Part shown: positions 11,004-23,589 of the stretch, in pieces | How the letters are laid out: each line of letters begins with the position of its first letter | Position numbering within the stretch: position 1 is the stretch's first letter | From: Squalus acanthias | Taxonomy: Eukaryota | Length of the DNA: 64,000 nt | Direction: 5' to 3' | Assembly: GCA_030390025.1 (NCBI GenBank) | Contig: CM059430.1 | Location: forward strand, 67,704,001-67,768,000 | Position numbers and translations under genes: made by a program | The notes under the pieces: model-generated | What the model was told of the DNA's origin: nothing | Seen by the model: only the letters and a program-made list of their open reading frames with translations | Database searches by the model: none

Positions 11004-14000
11004 ATGGAAAACATCCTTAAACCATCGCGTCTTGACTTGGACCCAAACACCCCAGCAGCCGGTAAGGTGTGGAAACACTGGTATCGCACGTTTGACAATT
11101 TTCTCGAATATTGCAAGGCTGATGATGACACAAAGTTGCGGATACTCATCAACTGTGTCACTCCGAATGTATTTCAGTATGTTGAGGAATGGGGCAGTTA
11201 CGAGGAGGCAATTCGGACGCTTAAAAGACTATATACTAAGACACCGAATGAGGTCTATGCCAGACATCTACTAGCTACAGCCCAACAAGGGCCGGAGGAA
11301 TCCATTGATAAATTCCTCCAAGAGCTTCGCAGACTTAGTATGGACTGTAACTTTCAGGCGGCCTCAGCTGAGCTGTACCGTGAAGAAATGATCCGTGATG
11401 CTTTCATCTGCGGGCTTGCCTCCCCATTTATACGCCAGTGTCTACTGGAAAGTAAGACACTTGAGCTTCAGAGAGCTTATGACATGGCTTGCTCTCTAGA
11501 TCTGGCAATAAGAAATGCAGACCTTTATACAGTGCCCAGACCTCGGTCTGCTGCCTTAACTACAGTCAGGCAATTTAAGAGGCCACAGGTGAACACTATT
11601 AGGGAGGACTTTATCCCTGACGATCAATCTGATGACTTCACTGATGAAGAGGATGATGACCCCACTGTGGCAGCCTCTTGGCAATCTAAGAAATGCTTCT
11701 TTTGTGGTGATGAGTTTCACCCTCGGAAATTCTGCCCTGCTCGCAATGCGTTTTGCAGTCATTGCAACAAAAAGGGTCATTTTGCAAAGGTTTGCCTATC
11801 AAGAGCCTCTACGAGGGCTTATCAAGCTAAGTCCTACCGAACTGCCCCGGTAAGGGCCTATCAAGATGTTCCGGCTAAAATCTACCGTGCTTCCTCTCGG
11901 GTTTTCTCTCGAAGAAACACACCTAGAGTTTCAGCCACTCTTTGTGCAACGACACCAATTACAGCTGCTTGTCCTCAGAACCTATTCCATGCAGCTACAA
12001 AAGCATCAATTAATGGACATACTTTAGATGCCTTAATTGACTCAGGTAGCACTGATAGTTTCATTAGGGAACAGATTGTTGCAGAGTTGAAGCTACATGT
12101 TTTCCCATCGGACCAGGCAATTGCGATGGCTCAGTCATCACTTAATACCAGAATTTCTGGCTTTTCTATGGTTGAAATAACACTTAATGGTCACAGGTAT
12201 CCCTCCACCTGGCTTTCGGTGCTCAAGGACTTATGTAGTGATCTTATCGTAGGGCTGGATTTTCAAAAGCAGCATAAGAAGCTCACCATTGAGTTCAGCG
12301 GATCCAAACCTGAACTCACTATTTCTAATATACGACCTCGATTACCGTTCTGTGCATTGTCAGCAGCTTCACTGGATGAACCCTCACTGTTTACCAGTAT
12401 CCCTCCTCGATGCAAACCGATTATAACAAAGTCACGACGTTTCAGTCAGGAAGACCAGTCTTTTATTGCGGCTGAGATTTCTCGGCTTTTAGCAGAGGAT
12501 ATCATCGAGCCTTGTTCGTCGCCATGGCGCGCCCAGGTCGTTATTGTTAAGAACCATCTACAACCTCACAAGAAACGGCTGTGCATTGACTATTCACAGA
12601 CCATCAATCAATATACGGACTTGGACGCATACCCATTGCCGCGCATCGATGATATGGTTAATAAACTGGCTGAGTACACGGTGTTCTCAACATATGATCT
12701 GAAAAGTGCCTATCATCAGGTACCCTTGACGGTCTCAGACAAGCAGTATACGGCCTTTGAAGCCAATGGACGGCTGTATCAATTTCGTCGCCTCCCCTTT
12801 GGGGTCACTAATGGAGTGGCTGTCTTCCAGCGAGCAATGGATGACCTGGTCAAACAGGAAGACTTGAACGATACGTTTCCTTATCTGGACAATATTACTG
12901 TCGCAGGTCGCAATCAGCGGGAACATGACGCCAATCTCCAACGATTTTGGGATGCACTCCAGCACCGTAATTTGACATTAAATGCGGCTAAATCCATTGA
13001 GTCACAACCAACCATCAACATCCTTGGCTATTGTGTGGGCAATGGCATCATTAAACCTGACCCTGAAAGGCTTCGCCCACTCCAAGAGCTCCCGCCACCT
13101 AAGAATCCGGCCTCCTTGCACCGGGCCCTCGGCCTGTTTGCATACTATGCTAAATGGATTCCTAACTTCTCGGACCGAATCCAACCTCTACTGAAGGCCA
13201 GCACATTCCCATTAGAGACAGCGGCTGTTGCAGCCTTTAACCTCCTGAAAAAACAGTTGGAGAAAGCGGCTCTTCACTCCATCGATGAGAGTCTTCCTTT
13301 TGTTGTTGAGTGTGATGCCTCGGAGGTGGCGATCTCGGCCACTCTGAATCAGGAAGGTCGTCCGGTGGCATTTTTGTCCAGGACTTTTCAAGGGGCTGAG
13401 CTACATTATCCTCCAGTCGAGAAAGAAGCTACAGCCATCATAGAGGCAGTACGGAAGTGGACTCATCTCCTAGCTCGCCAGCACTTTACCTTAATCACGG
13501 ACCAGCGATCGGTCGCCTTCATGCTCGATAATCGAAAACGGACCAAAATTAAAAATAATAAAATCCAGCTTTGGCGGCTGGAATTGGCCTCTTTTGGTTA
13601 CACCATCCACTATCGACCTGGCAAGGAGAATGTGGCTCTGGATACCCTCACACGAGCATTCTGCTCCGCCATGGCACCCTCTACGCTCGTAGACATCCAT
13701 GATGGGTTGTGTCATCCGGGCGTTACTCGCATGCTACAATTCGTGCGGTCCCGAAATCTCCCATTCTCTACCGGGGATGTAAAGAAGATGTGCTCGGACT
13801 GCAGAGTCTGTGCGGAATTGAAACCTCAGTTTTTCCGCCCCTCGGGTGGTATACTCATACATGCGACCCAGCCAATGCAACGACTTAGCATCGATTTTAA
13901 GGGGCCGTTGCCCTCTTCAACTCGCAACACTTATGTGTTGACCATGGTCGATGAGTATTCCCGTTTTCCGTTTGCCTTTCCCTGCCCCAATATGCTGACG

Positions 14001-14960
14001 ACCACGGTTATCAGCTGCCTTGAGCAGGTATTTGCTTTCTGTGGCATGGCATCCTATGTTCATTCGGATCGGGGCCCTTCTTTTATGTCAGGAGAACTCA
14101 AGGCCTATCTCTCGGAACGGTGTATTGCTGCCAGCAGAACGATGCCTTATCATCCGGTTGGGAATGGGCAAGTCGAGCGTTTTAACGCTATCATCTGGAA
14201 TGCGGTACGTCTGGCTTTGAGATCTCGGGGCCTACCCAACCAGCAATGGGAAGCAGTACTTCCAGACGCATTACACTCCACACGGTCCCTCCTTTCGACC
14301 GCCACAAATACGACGCCTCATGAACGGTTCTTCCGATTTCAGCGTCGCTCATCCTATGGGATATCTCTCCCGTCGTGGCTGACTGCACCGGGACCAGTGC
14401 TACTCCGAAGATATGTCCGGGCGTCTAAGAATGACCCCCTGGTAGATGAGGTTGAGCTCACTGACGTCAACCCTACCTACGCCTATATTCGGTATCCTGA
14501 CGGTCGGGAATCTACCGTGTCATTGCGGGATCTGGCTCCCTGCCCGCCGAAACATAGAGGGACACCAGGGGATGATATTGTACCAGGCACATCTCTGGGC
14601 TCGCCAGGTGCCTCTCATCACGATCTGGATCTGACGCCGGCTGGTACCTCACTCCAGCGTGCCGACCTGGGGCAGACTGACTATGAGCCCGTCGGGGCTC
14701 GCACGCGCAGCCACGATCCACCCCGTACCATACGCTCGGAAATGGATCTGCCACAGCCCTGCCCGACACCCGTTCGGGCACCAGTACACAGTCAGGATCG
14801 TCCTGACCCCTCACAGAGCGGGCTGGATCACTCGGACTCTGGTCCACGGCCCGCAGCGGGTAAACGGGCTAGGGGCCCTCTACCGCTACGAGAACCCAAA
14901 CGGGTGCGGCTCTCCCTCGTCCGGCGGCTACGAAATGGAGGGAGCATCGCGGCCTCCTAA
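11004..14960 (+). CDS. Gag-Pol polyprotein (two CCHC knuckles, protease, RT, RNase H, integrase), 1318 aa
   Basis: CFFCGDEFHPRKFC and CSHCNKKGHFAKVC knuckles; LIDSGS; DLKSAYHQ, LPFG and YLDN; CDAS, EKEA, TDQR; H..HPG..CRVC; IDFKG, HSDRG, GQVER. Gypsy domain order. Confidence 0.96.
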   Translation: MENILKPSRLDLDPNTPAAGKVWKHWYRTFDNFLEYCKADDDTKLRILINCVTPNVFQYVEEWGSYEEAIRTLKRLYTKTPNEVYARHLLATAQQGPEESIDKFLQELRRLSMDCNFQAASAELYREEMIRDAFICGLASPFIRQCLLESKTLELQRAYDMACSLDLAIRNADLYTVPRPRSAALTTVRQFKRPQVNTIREDFIPDDQSDDFTDEEDDDPTVAASWQSKKCFFCGDEFHPRKFCPARNAFCSHCNKKGHFAKVCLSRASTRAYQAKSYRTAPVRAYQDVPAKIYRASSRVFSRRNTPRVSATLCATTPITAACPQNLFHAATKASINGHTLDALIDSGSTDSFIREQIVAELKLHVFPSDQAIAMAQSSLNTRISGFSMVEITLNGHRYPSTWLSVLKDLCSDLIVGLDFQKQHKKLTIEFSGSKPELTISNIRPRLPFCALSAASLDEPSLFTSIPPRCKPIITKSRRFSQEDQSFIAAEISRLLAEDIIEPCSSPWRAQVVIVKNHLQPHKKRLCIDYSQTINQYTDLDAYPLPRIDDMVNKLAEYTVFSTYDLKSAYHQVPLTVSDKQYTAFEANGRLYQFRRLPFGVTNGVAVFQRAMDDLVKQEDLNDTFPYLDNITVAGRNQREHDANLQRFWDALQHRNLTLNAAKSIESQPTINILGYCVGNGIIKPDPERLRPLQELPPPKNPASLHRALGLFAYYAKWIPNFSDRIQPLLKASTFPLETAAVAAFNLLKKQLEKAALHSIDESLPFVVECDASEVAISATLNQEGRPVAFLSRTFQGAELHYPPVEKEATAIIEAVRKWTHLLARQHFTLITDQRSVAFMLDNRKRTKIKNNKIQLWRLELASFGYTIHYRPGKENVALDTLTRAFCSAMAPSTLVDIHDGLCHPGVTRMLQFVRSRNLPFSTGDVKKMCSDCRVCAELKPQFFRPSGGILIHATQPMQRLSIDFKGPLPSSTRNTYVLTMVDEYSRFPFAFPCPNMLTTTVISCLEQVFAFCGMASYVHSDRGPSFMSGELKAYLSERCIAASRTMPYHPVGNGQVERFNAIIWNAVRLALRSRGLPNQQWEAVLPDALHSTRSLLSTATNTTPHERFFRFQRRSSYGISLPSWLTAPGPVLLRRYVRASKNDPLVDEVELTDVNPTYAYIRYPDGRESTVSLRDLAPCPPKHRGTPGDDIVPGTSLGSPGASHHDLDLTPAGTSLQRADLGQTDYEPVGARTRSHDPPRTIRSEMDLPQPCPTPVRAPVHSQDRPDPSQSGLDHSDSGPRPAAGKRARGPLPLREPKRVRLSLVRRLRNGGSIAAS

Positions 14961-14978
14961 TCTTTTGAGGGGGGAGAA

Positions 14979-15172
14979 TGTGGTAACACAATACAGCTTC
15001 CTGTGACTCGAACTTTATTGCATCACTTCCTGTGATTAGTCCAGGATAAATACTGGACTGAGCAGTTGGATCCTGGAGAGGCATAGAGTAAGACCTCTTT
15101 TGTATGTAGCACCTTTTTAGTTGATTAAAGCTTACCTTAAGTTCACCACGCGTAAGGCTCATTCTTACGACA
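14979..15172 (+). repeat. 3' LTR
   Basis: Preceded by PPT GAGGGGGGAGAA; identical to the 5' LTR. Confidence 0.97.
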
Positions 15173-17741
15173 AGCATGACTTCGATTAATGACTGGAAGA
15201 AGGCAGCAGTATATGAAAACAAAACACAAAATGTTCCGTTTTTAATCAAATAAATTATTATCTCTATTGCATTGTGTTTTTTTATTTCAAAGAAATAGCA
15301 TCATGTCTATATCATTAAACACTAGCGGTCTCTCTGTGGCGTTGCTCATAGATTCAGAGATTCTCGAAGAAAAGGAGTCTAATGGAAGTGTTGCATTTTT
15401 AGAGTGGAATATGATTAAGTATCATTGAGGTAGCCCTGGAATCTGGGAGAATTCGGAATATTAGGCTTTTAAAGTATTCGGATGGGGTCTAGCGATATTT
15501 CCAGGGTCTCGGGGTCTGACAGCAATGAGAGTGAGCTCAAGCATTCTGAAAACACTAGAGAGCTTCTGGCAATACTGGTGCAAGACCTGTCATAATGTGA
15601 GTACTGTGAGATGGATTTTGTGGTTCACTCAAGGTCTGGCAGCAAAGGCGTCAGTTATACGATCAGGAAGCATTGCAAATGTGGTTGAAGCGTTTGGGAG
15701 CACTGAAAGAGGATCTCCACATATTAAGACTGAGATAATGACAAATGCAATGCTTGGTTTACAGAACTAAAACTAGAAATTGAGATTGGACGGTATCTAC
15801 ACCTCGGACTGATATTGACCAGGAGTGCGTCCACAGCCAATGACTCAAGCATGGTCGTTGGAGATGGAGCTCAGAGAGGAACCAACACACAGTGGACCAA
15901 CCACTACCAGGACTATATATTGGGGACAGAAAGCTTAGAAACTGTGCACTGAATGAAACCATACCAATGACTTACCAGATCCCGGAAGGGTCAGGAGTTT
16001 GTATTCAATGTTTATGTATTTGTCGGGAACCTACACTTGCAGAGGCGCGGCATATATATTTTTGGGGATGGTCTATTGATAACCACATCCCAGATATAAT
16101 GAAACCTGGGAAAATGAGAGAGAAAGAAGTACAACGAATTCCCCATTGGAGAAACAGCACTGGCATCAAGAACACTGAGGAAATATATTGGCCCCGGTTT
16201 TGGGAGCACAACGAGTGTTATTTCACGTGTTTATGTTGGACATCCTGGAGAGATGTATTTTGGACATCTTGGGAATTTAAGGGTTAACAGTCGATCTTCA
16301 TTGTATCTTGGATTAACAGGCTTTCCAATATATAAAGAGGGTGACTTTGAAGTGTTGTGAGGAGAATGCTTGACTTGTCTTCTGATATGTAAAGTGTTTG
16401 TGTAAGGAAATATGTGTAGGTAATAAAATGTAACTTTAGTTTGAGGTTAATAAAAAGGGGTAGCGAGCCCATTTGCTAAAGTTAGCAGTAGGTAAAGGAA
16501 GCCTTGTTTAAGGGGAGTGGTTTTGAAGTAAACATTTGCAAATTGTTTACATGGATATTCTGTTTTCAAATGATTTGGGAAATAGATACATCATTTTGAC
16601 ATTTTCCTTTGATGTAGTCAACATATTGTGTATGAAGAATCATGGTTTTCAACAGTACCTCAAAGTATGCTCGAAAGATACAGAAACCAGGAAAAAGTCA
16701 CTCTCTATATATAGTTAAAAGCCGATCACCTTTTACTGTGTATCAATGAAGTCTGTTCCATATACTCCACTACAAAGTATGGTGCTTACTCGAAACTATT
16801 GTTGTGAACCAGAGGAGAAAGGAGGTTGAATGCTAACAGTTTACTAAGGTCAGGAGTCAATGGCCAGTGGAATGCCTCCCACATCAATGGGGTTTGCCAC
16901 TTACACAGTCGAACGGACGGGGATAACAGTGATGCTTGCACGGCCTCCATGCCACTGTGTCAGTGCTTTCACTCAAAGTTCAGTCATTGCTGAAATATCA
17001 ACCAGTCCATCAAAATAGTTAAATTACACGTTAATAATCCGGAGCGAGCTGCACTTATGCGGGAGGGTGGAGATGACTGGTCCTTCCGTTGCAGAATCAG
17101 AACTATGTTTTGCAACCTCAAGGTAACCTAGTTAGCTGCAAGATGATTGAAGCTAGACAGGGTGGAGGCAATTAGGATGTGTACCATACCTCATTAACTG
17201 TTAGATGGCCTTCGATGGATATAATTTCGTCAACTGTTATCAACTTATCATTTGCATGCTTTGACATTTGGCTAGAGGGAAGTCACACCTAATTACAGGC
17301 AAACAACGACACATAGTCTGTGTAAGAGAATGGTTGGTTAAAACTAGATAGGGTGCAGCCAATGCGTTTCGGCTGATAATAATCAAGGCAGCATTTATTT
17401 GCAGCGGCAGATTTCTGATTGTTCCCCTTTGGAGGACAAGACCATAGTTCTGATTGTACCCCTTGGTAGATTGTCTGAAATGTGTAATTTTATTCTGCCT
17501 GCTGTAAACAACCCTGCAATGAGAAATTTGCTCCTGTCTTGCCAGACTACAGAACGTGGAAGTATAGTTAACTTTATGAAGATCCTCTGTTAATAATTTT
17601 CGGCAATTGTACTTATAGTTGTCCTTGGCTGGTAAAATATAAGTCTTTATACTGTAATAAGTGAGTAGTTAATTCTTTGGTGTTTTATGGGGTGTTTTTT
17701 TTCTTTCTGGAAGTGATAAAAAAAAATTCTGAATGACTGTT

Positions 17742-17897
17742 CCGTGTGTGTGGAGTCCGTGTGTGGAGAGTCCATGTATGGGGGGTCCGTGTAAGTGTGT
17801 TCCATGTGTGTGGCGTCCGGGTATGTGGGGGATCCATGTGTGTGTGTTTGTTCCATGTGTGTGGGGTCCATATGTGTGGGGATCATGTGTGTGGGGT
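17742..17897. repeat. Degenerate GTGTGTGG-type minisatellite
   Basis: Repeated ~15-bp CCATGTGTGTGGGG / CCGTGTGTGGAG units. Confidence 0.7.
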
Positions 17898-18144
17898 TCG
17901 TCTGTATGCATCAAAATGTTAGAAAAAAATTGTTGGAACTGCAATCCTATGTTGTGTTGGAGAAATTAGACATATTATGTATTTCTGATACATGGCTAGA
18001 TGAAAGTGACGATACAGAAATTCACCTAAAGGGCTACAAGGGTTTCACAAAGTATAGAGTAGGTCAAAGGGGAGCTGGGGGTTGCTATTTTTATCAGTGA
18101 GAATCTCAGCTAAAGAAAGACTTGATATTGCCTCATCAAGTGTA

Positions 18145-19712
18145 GAATCATAGAAAGTTACAGCACAGAAGAAGGCCATTTCGGTCCGTCGTGTCTGCGC
18201 CGGCCAACAAAGAGCTATCCATCCTAATCCCACTTCCCAGTTCTTGGTCCGTAGCCCTGCAGGTTACAGCATCCCAAATGCACATCCAAGTACTTTTTAA
18301 ATGTGATTAGGGTTTCTGCCTCTACCACCCTTTCAGGTAGTGAGTTCCAGACCCCCACAACCCCCTGGGCGAAGACATTTCACCTCAAATCCCTTCTAAA
18401 CCTTCCACCAATAACTTTAAATCTGCGCCCCCTAGTTTCTGACCCCACTGCCAAGGGAAATTGGTCCTTTCTATCCACTTTATCTATGCCCCTCATAATT
18501 ATATACACCTTAATAATGTCTCCCCTCAGCCTCCTCTGTTCCAAGGAAAACAGACCCAACCTATCCAATCTTTCCTCATAGCTAAGATTCTCTACTCCCG
18601 GCAACATCCTTGTAAATCTCCTCTGTACCCTCCCTAGTGCAATCACACCTTTCCTGTAATGTGGTGACCAGAACTGCACGCAGTACTCTAGCTGAGGCCT
18701 AACTAATGTTTTATCCAGTTGAAGCATAACCCCCCGACTCTTGTATTCTATGTAACGGCTCATAAAGGCAAGCATTCCGTATGCCTTCTTAACCACCTTA
18801 TCTACCTGGCCTGCTACCTTCAGGGATCTGTGGACATGCACTCCATGGTCCCTTAGTTCCTCTACTGTACTCAGTGTCCTACCATTTAATGTGCATTCCC
18901 TTTCCTTGTTAGCCCTCCCCAAATGCATTACCTCACACTTCTCCGGATTGAAATCCATTTGTCACTGTTCTGTCCACCTGACCAATTTATTGATATCTTC
19001 CTGCAGTCTACAGCTTCCTTCTTCAGAATCAACCACACAGCCGATTTTAGTATCATCTGCAAACTTCTTAATCATACCCCCTATATTCAAGTCTAGATCA
19101 TTGAGATATAGCACAAAAAGCAAGGGACCTAGTACTGAGCCCTGCGCAACTCCACTGGAAACAGACTTCCAGTCACAAAAACACCCTTCAAACATTACTC
19201 TCTGCTGCTTGTCTCCGAGCCAGTTTTGAATCCAACTTGCCACTTTGCCCTGGATGCCATGGGCTTTTAACTTCGTGTCCAGTCTGCCATGTGGAACCTT
19301 ATCAAAAGCCTTGCTAATGTCCATAAACACTACATCAAACGCACTACCCTCATCTACCCTCCTTGTTACCTCCTTAAAAAATCCAATCAAGTTTGTCAGA
19401 CACGACCTTCCCTCAACAAATCCATGCTGACTATACTTGATTAATTCGTGTCTTTCTAAATGAAGATTTATCCTGTCTTTCAGAATTCTTTCCAACAATT
19501 TTCCCACCACCGAGGTTAGGCTGACTGGTCTGTAATTACACCGTCTATCCTTTTCTCCCTTTTTAAACAAGGGCACCACATTAGCAGTCCTCCAGTCTCC
19601 CGGTACCACACCTGAAGCCAGAGAGGATTGAAAAATGATGGTCAGGGCCTCTGCTATTTCCTCTTTTGTTTCGCTTAATAGCGTGGGATACATTTCATCC
19701 GGGCCTGGGGAT
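18145..19712 (-). mobile_element. CR1 LINE, 5'-truncated (RT and 3' end), nested
   Basis: ORFs 18962-19693 and 18380-18958: YRPVSLTS, QHGF, KAFDKVPH, QGSVLGP, FADDTK. Confidence 0.92.
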
Positions 19713-19814
19713 TTACATCCATACAGCTGAGGCTCTCTGGGTTCAAGTATACCAAGCTCACGGGCAGGGACTATTTATCAGTAATTGTTATAGTCCCCCG
19801 GGTCAGACACCTGA

Positions 19815-21172
19815 ACATAAGATAATAAGAACAGAAAAACATAAAAAATAGAAGCAGGAATAGGGCACTTGGCCCCTCAAGCCTGCTCCGCCATTCAATA
19901 AGATCATGGCTGATCTTGGGCCCAAAGCCACTTCCCCGCCCACTCCCCATAACCCTTCACTCACTTATCTTGTAAAATTTTGTCTATCTCCACCTTAAAC
20001 GTATTTAATGACCCAGCCTCCACACCTATCTGGGGAAGAGAATTCCACAGATTTACGACCCTCTGAGAGAAGAAATTCCTCCTCATTTCAGCTCTAAAAG
20101 GGCTACCCTTTATTCTAAATCTGTACCCCCGCGTTCTAGATTTCCCCACGAGGGGAAACATCCTCTCTGCATCTAACTTGGCGTGCCCCCTCAGTATCTT
20201 ATATTTTTCAATAAGATCACCTCTCATTCTTCTAAATTCCAATGAGTATAGGCCCAGCCTGCTCAACCTTTCCTCATAAGTCAACCTCCTCATCTCTGGA
20301 ATTAACCTAGTGAATCGTCACTGAACTGATTCCAATGCAAGTATATCCTTCCTTAAATAAGGAGACCAAACCTGTACGCAGTTCTCAAGGTGTGGTCTCA
20401 TCAATACCCTGTACAGTTGTACTAGGACTTCCCTGCTTTTATACTCCAACCCCTTTGAAATAAAGGCCAACATTCCATTTACCTTTTTGATTACTTGCTG
20501 TACCTGCATGCTAACCTTTTGTGTTTCATGCACAAGGACCCCCAGGTCCCTCTCAACTGTAGCATTTTGTAATCTCTCTCCATTTAAATAATAATTAGTT
20601 TTTTTAGTTTTCCTGCCAAAGTGTATAACCTCACACTTTCCCACATTATACTCCATCTGCCAAATGTTTGCCCACTCACTTAGCCTGTCTATATCCCTTT
20701 GCAGGTTCTTTGAGTCCTCTGCAGAACTTGCTTTCCCAACCATGTTTGTATCATCCGCAAACTTGGTTACATTAAACTCGGTCCCTTCATCCAAATCATT
20801 AAAGTAGATTGTAAATAGTTGAAGCCCCAGCACCGATCCCTGTGGCACCCCACTAGTTACAGTTTGCCAAACGGAAAATGACCCATTCATCCCGACTCTC
20901 TGCTTTCTGTTAGTTAGCCAATACTCTATACATGTTAATATATTAACCCCAATTCCGTGAGCTCTTATCTTATGCAGTAACCTTTTATGTGGCACCTTAT
21001 CCAATGTCTTCTGGAAATCTAAATACACCACATCCACTGGTTCACTTTTGTCCACGCTGCTCGTTACATCCTCAAAGAACTCCAGCAAGTTTGTTAAACA
21101 TGATTTCCCTTCATAAAACCATGCTGACTCTGCTTGACTGCATTATGATTTTCCAAATGCCCTGCTACTGCT
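19815..21172 (-). mobile_element. CR1 LINE, 5'-truncated, nested
   Basis: ORFs 20318-21088 and 19961-20293 with [14 protein letters not shown] and FFSQRVVNLWN. Confidence 0.92.
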
Positions 21173-23364
21173 TAATGAGTTATTATGGAAACTGATTGAA
21201 AATGCTTTTAATATAAAATGGCACTTTTGTCTGATAAATAATTTTAATTTTCCTAGCATTCATTGGCATGATGGTTTACCTGCTGTTGTGGTGGGAAGTG
21301 CAGGTGAAAGATTTGTCGAAAATATACAAGACTGTTTCCTGACTCAACATTTTAATGAAGTAACGAGGGATAATCACAGATTGGATCTTGTGTTTAGTAG
21401 TGAGCCTGACCTCGGATCGGGCCTGCATGTGGGGGAACATCTGGCCAACAGTGACCACAAGAGTAAACGTTTCCAAATGGCGAGTAGATCTAAAGGTACT
21501 CAGAACCTTCAACTCGCACCTGCTTTCAGAAGTGCAGACTTCACCAAAATGGCAGAAGATTTGGAACAGGTAAATTTTCTAGGCCTCCTGGGTGGTGATG
21601 AGACCTATGTAGAATATAAATGAAAAGTTTTTAAGAACAAGATAAAAAAGATGGAAAACAAATTTATACCCAAAATCAAAAGAAGGAAATGTTGTAAGAA
21701 AAGCCAAGGTGGCTGATTGGTTATGTACAAAGACAAATAAGATGTAAACAAATGTTTCTCTAAATTAAAGACACTTAATACTCAACTAAACAGAGTTGAT
21801 TACAAGGAACAACTAAAGAAAACGAAGGCTACTATTAGATCAGCAAAAAGGCTAGTGAAAAAAAGGATCGTAGACAACATTGGCAGTAATGAGAAAAGCT
21901 GTTTCAGTTATGTGAAGAGTCAGAGAACTATCAAAGACTGTATTGGGCCACTGAAGGGTGTTCTAAGACAGGTTACAAAGAACTCACTGGGTATTGCGGA
22001 AATATTAAATTAGTATTTTGTCTTCACCCTTGAAACTGATGCTCAACTATTAGAATTTAATAACGTTACGAACGATATCCACCCGAGTGTCCTCAGGAAG
22101 ATGGGGCATAGGTGCGAGCCCCTAGCCTGTATTTTTAATAGTTCACTGAACTTTGGAATGGTTCCAATAGACTGGAAGGAGGCTGGTGTAGTCCTCATCT
22201 TTAAAAAGTTGACAAGATAGACCCGGGTAAGTACAGGCTCATTAGTTTAACGTCAGTAATAGGTAAGGTGCATGAAGAAATGATGAGGGATGCAATATAT
22301 GAATACATGGATAGAGAGGCACATATTAGGAACAACCAGCATGGCTTCATAAAAAGGAGGTCATGTCTTACAAATCTAATTCTATTTCTTGAAGAAGTTT
22401 CAAACTTGGTGGATGAGGGAATTCCAGTAGACTTTGTCGACTCAGATTTCCAAAAAGCTTTTGATAAGGTACCACATAAGAGACTTCTCTATAAAGACAT
22501 TAAAGATGGTGGAGATAGAAAGAGATTTGGGCATTCTAGTGCATAAATCCTTAAAGGTACAGGAGCAATGCCATATAGCCATAGCTAGAGCAAATAGGTT
22601 GTTGGGGTGTATCCATAGGACAATTGAGTACAAGACGAGGCATACTGTTTTGTCGTTGTACAAGACCTTATTCAGGCTGCACTTGGAATACTGTTTCCAG
22701 TTTTGGTCTCCTCACATGGTGGGTGATATTGAGGCTATGGAAGGGTGCAGAGGAGGGCCACTAGACTAATTCCTAGTCTAAATCATCTTAGTTATCACGA
22801 TAGGATAAAAGAGTTGGGACTCTATACCTAAGAGAAACGTAGACTTGGGGGGGAGGGGATCTGATTGAGGTTTATAAGATAACGAAGCGAATAGATTGTG
22901 TTCTAGATGACAGTTTATTTCAATTAAATAGGTTAGGCAGGACATGGGGTCAACAAAACTAAGTTTTATAAGGCTAAATCTAGGTTAGATGTCAGGAGGT
23001 GGTGCTCATGCCGTCTCATGTGGTGAATGCAGACTCACTGAATTCCTTCAAGCGAGAGCTGGATTTGTGTCTGTTTGGGGCGGGGATCACCTCTTTTATA
23101 AGCTTGGTACTGCAGGGAATTCAGGGCCAGAGTGATCTCCTGGACTCGTTTCGATCATCCAGATGGGTCGGAGAAGAATTTTCCAGATATTTTTCCATAA
23201 TTGTCCTGGGTTTCTTGTTTTTTTTGTCTCTCCCAGGGATCACATGGTTTCAGGTGGGCTGGGGTGTATATGTTCTGATACACAAGGTTTTGCAATTGTG
23301 TGGGACAGGCTCTTTGGCCAAAATGGTCTTTACCAGTCCGCCGTTGGTCGTATGTTCGTATGCA

Positions 23365-23482
23365 TCCAAACTTCTGACAGACTAGTGAGTTCAAACTGGG
23401 GAAAGGCCATTCCGTGTTTGAGAAGGGATTCACTAATTCTACCGTTTGGAAGAACATCATCCACGTCTAACAGAGGGGGAGA
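23365..23482 (+). pseudogene. C2H2 (Kruppel-type) zinc-finger relic
   Basis: SKLLTD**VQTGERPF..VFEKGFTNS matches LLTHQRVHTGERPF.C..C.KGFT.S, with stops and a small deletion. Confidence 0.7.
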
Positions 23483-23589
23483 ACGTGATCCATGTTCCCA
23501 TCTGGATCATCTTTTTGCTCTCAAGTCCCCGCTTTAGACCTGGATCACATTTTTCCCTATCCCTACTGTGCTCCCCATGCTCTAAACAC

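Larger units (their letters stand above)
10732..15172 (+). mobile_element. Full-length Gypsy/Ty3 LTR retrotransposon (Mag-like gag), very recent insertion
   Basis: Identical 194-bp TG..CA LTRs, 5-bp TSD AGCAT (10727-10731, 15173-15177), PPT at 14967-14978, single intact ORF. Confidence 0.97.
17900..23362 (+). mobile_element. Decayed CR1-type LINE ORF2 and 3' end, split by two nested antisense CR1 copies
   Basis: EN N-terminus (LDILCISDTWL, about 17970) resumes at about 19720 (ALWVQV..NCYSPP) and about 21240 (NFP.I.W..FLTQH..LDLVFS), then RT pieces; tail CGTATGTTCGTATG. Confidence 0.8.

Noticed and set aside
14869-15249. Minus-strand ORF repeated at 10709-10915
   Set aside because: The duplication is simply the two LTRs; no protein motif.
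15300-16500. Possible decayed LTR-element pol (..GIKNTEEIYWP..)
   Set aside because: One weak integrase-like motif; no boundaries or further domains found.
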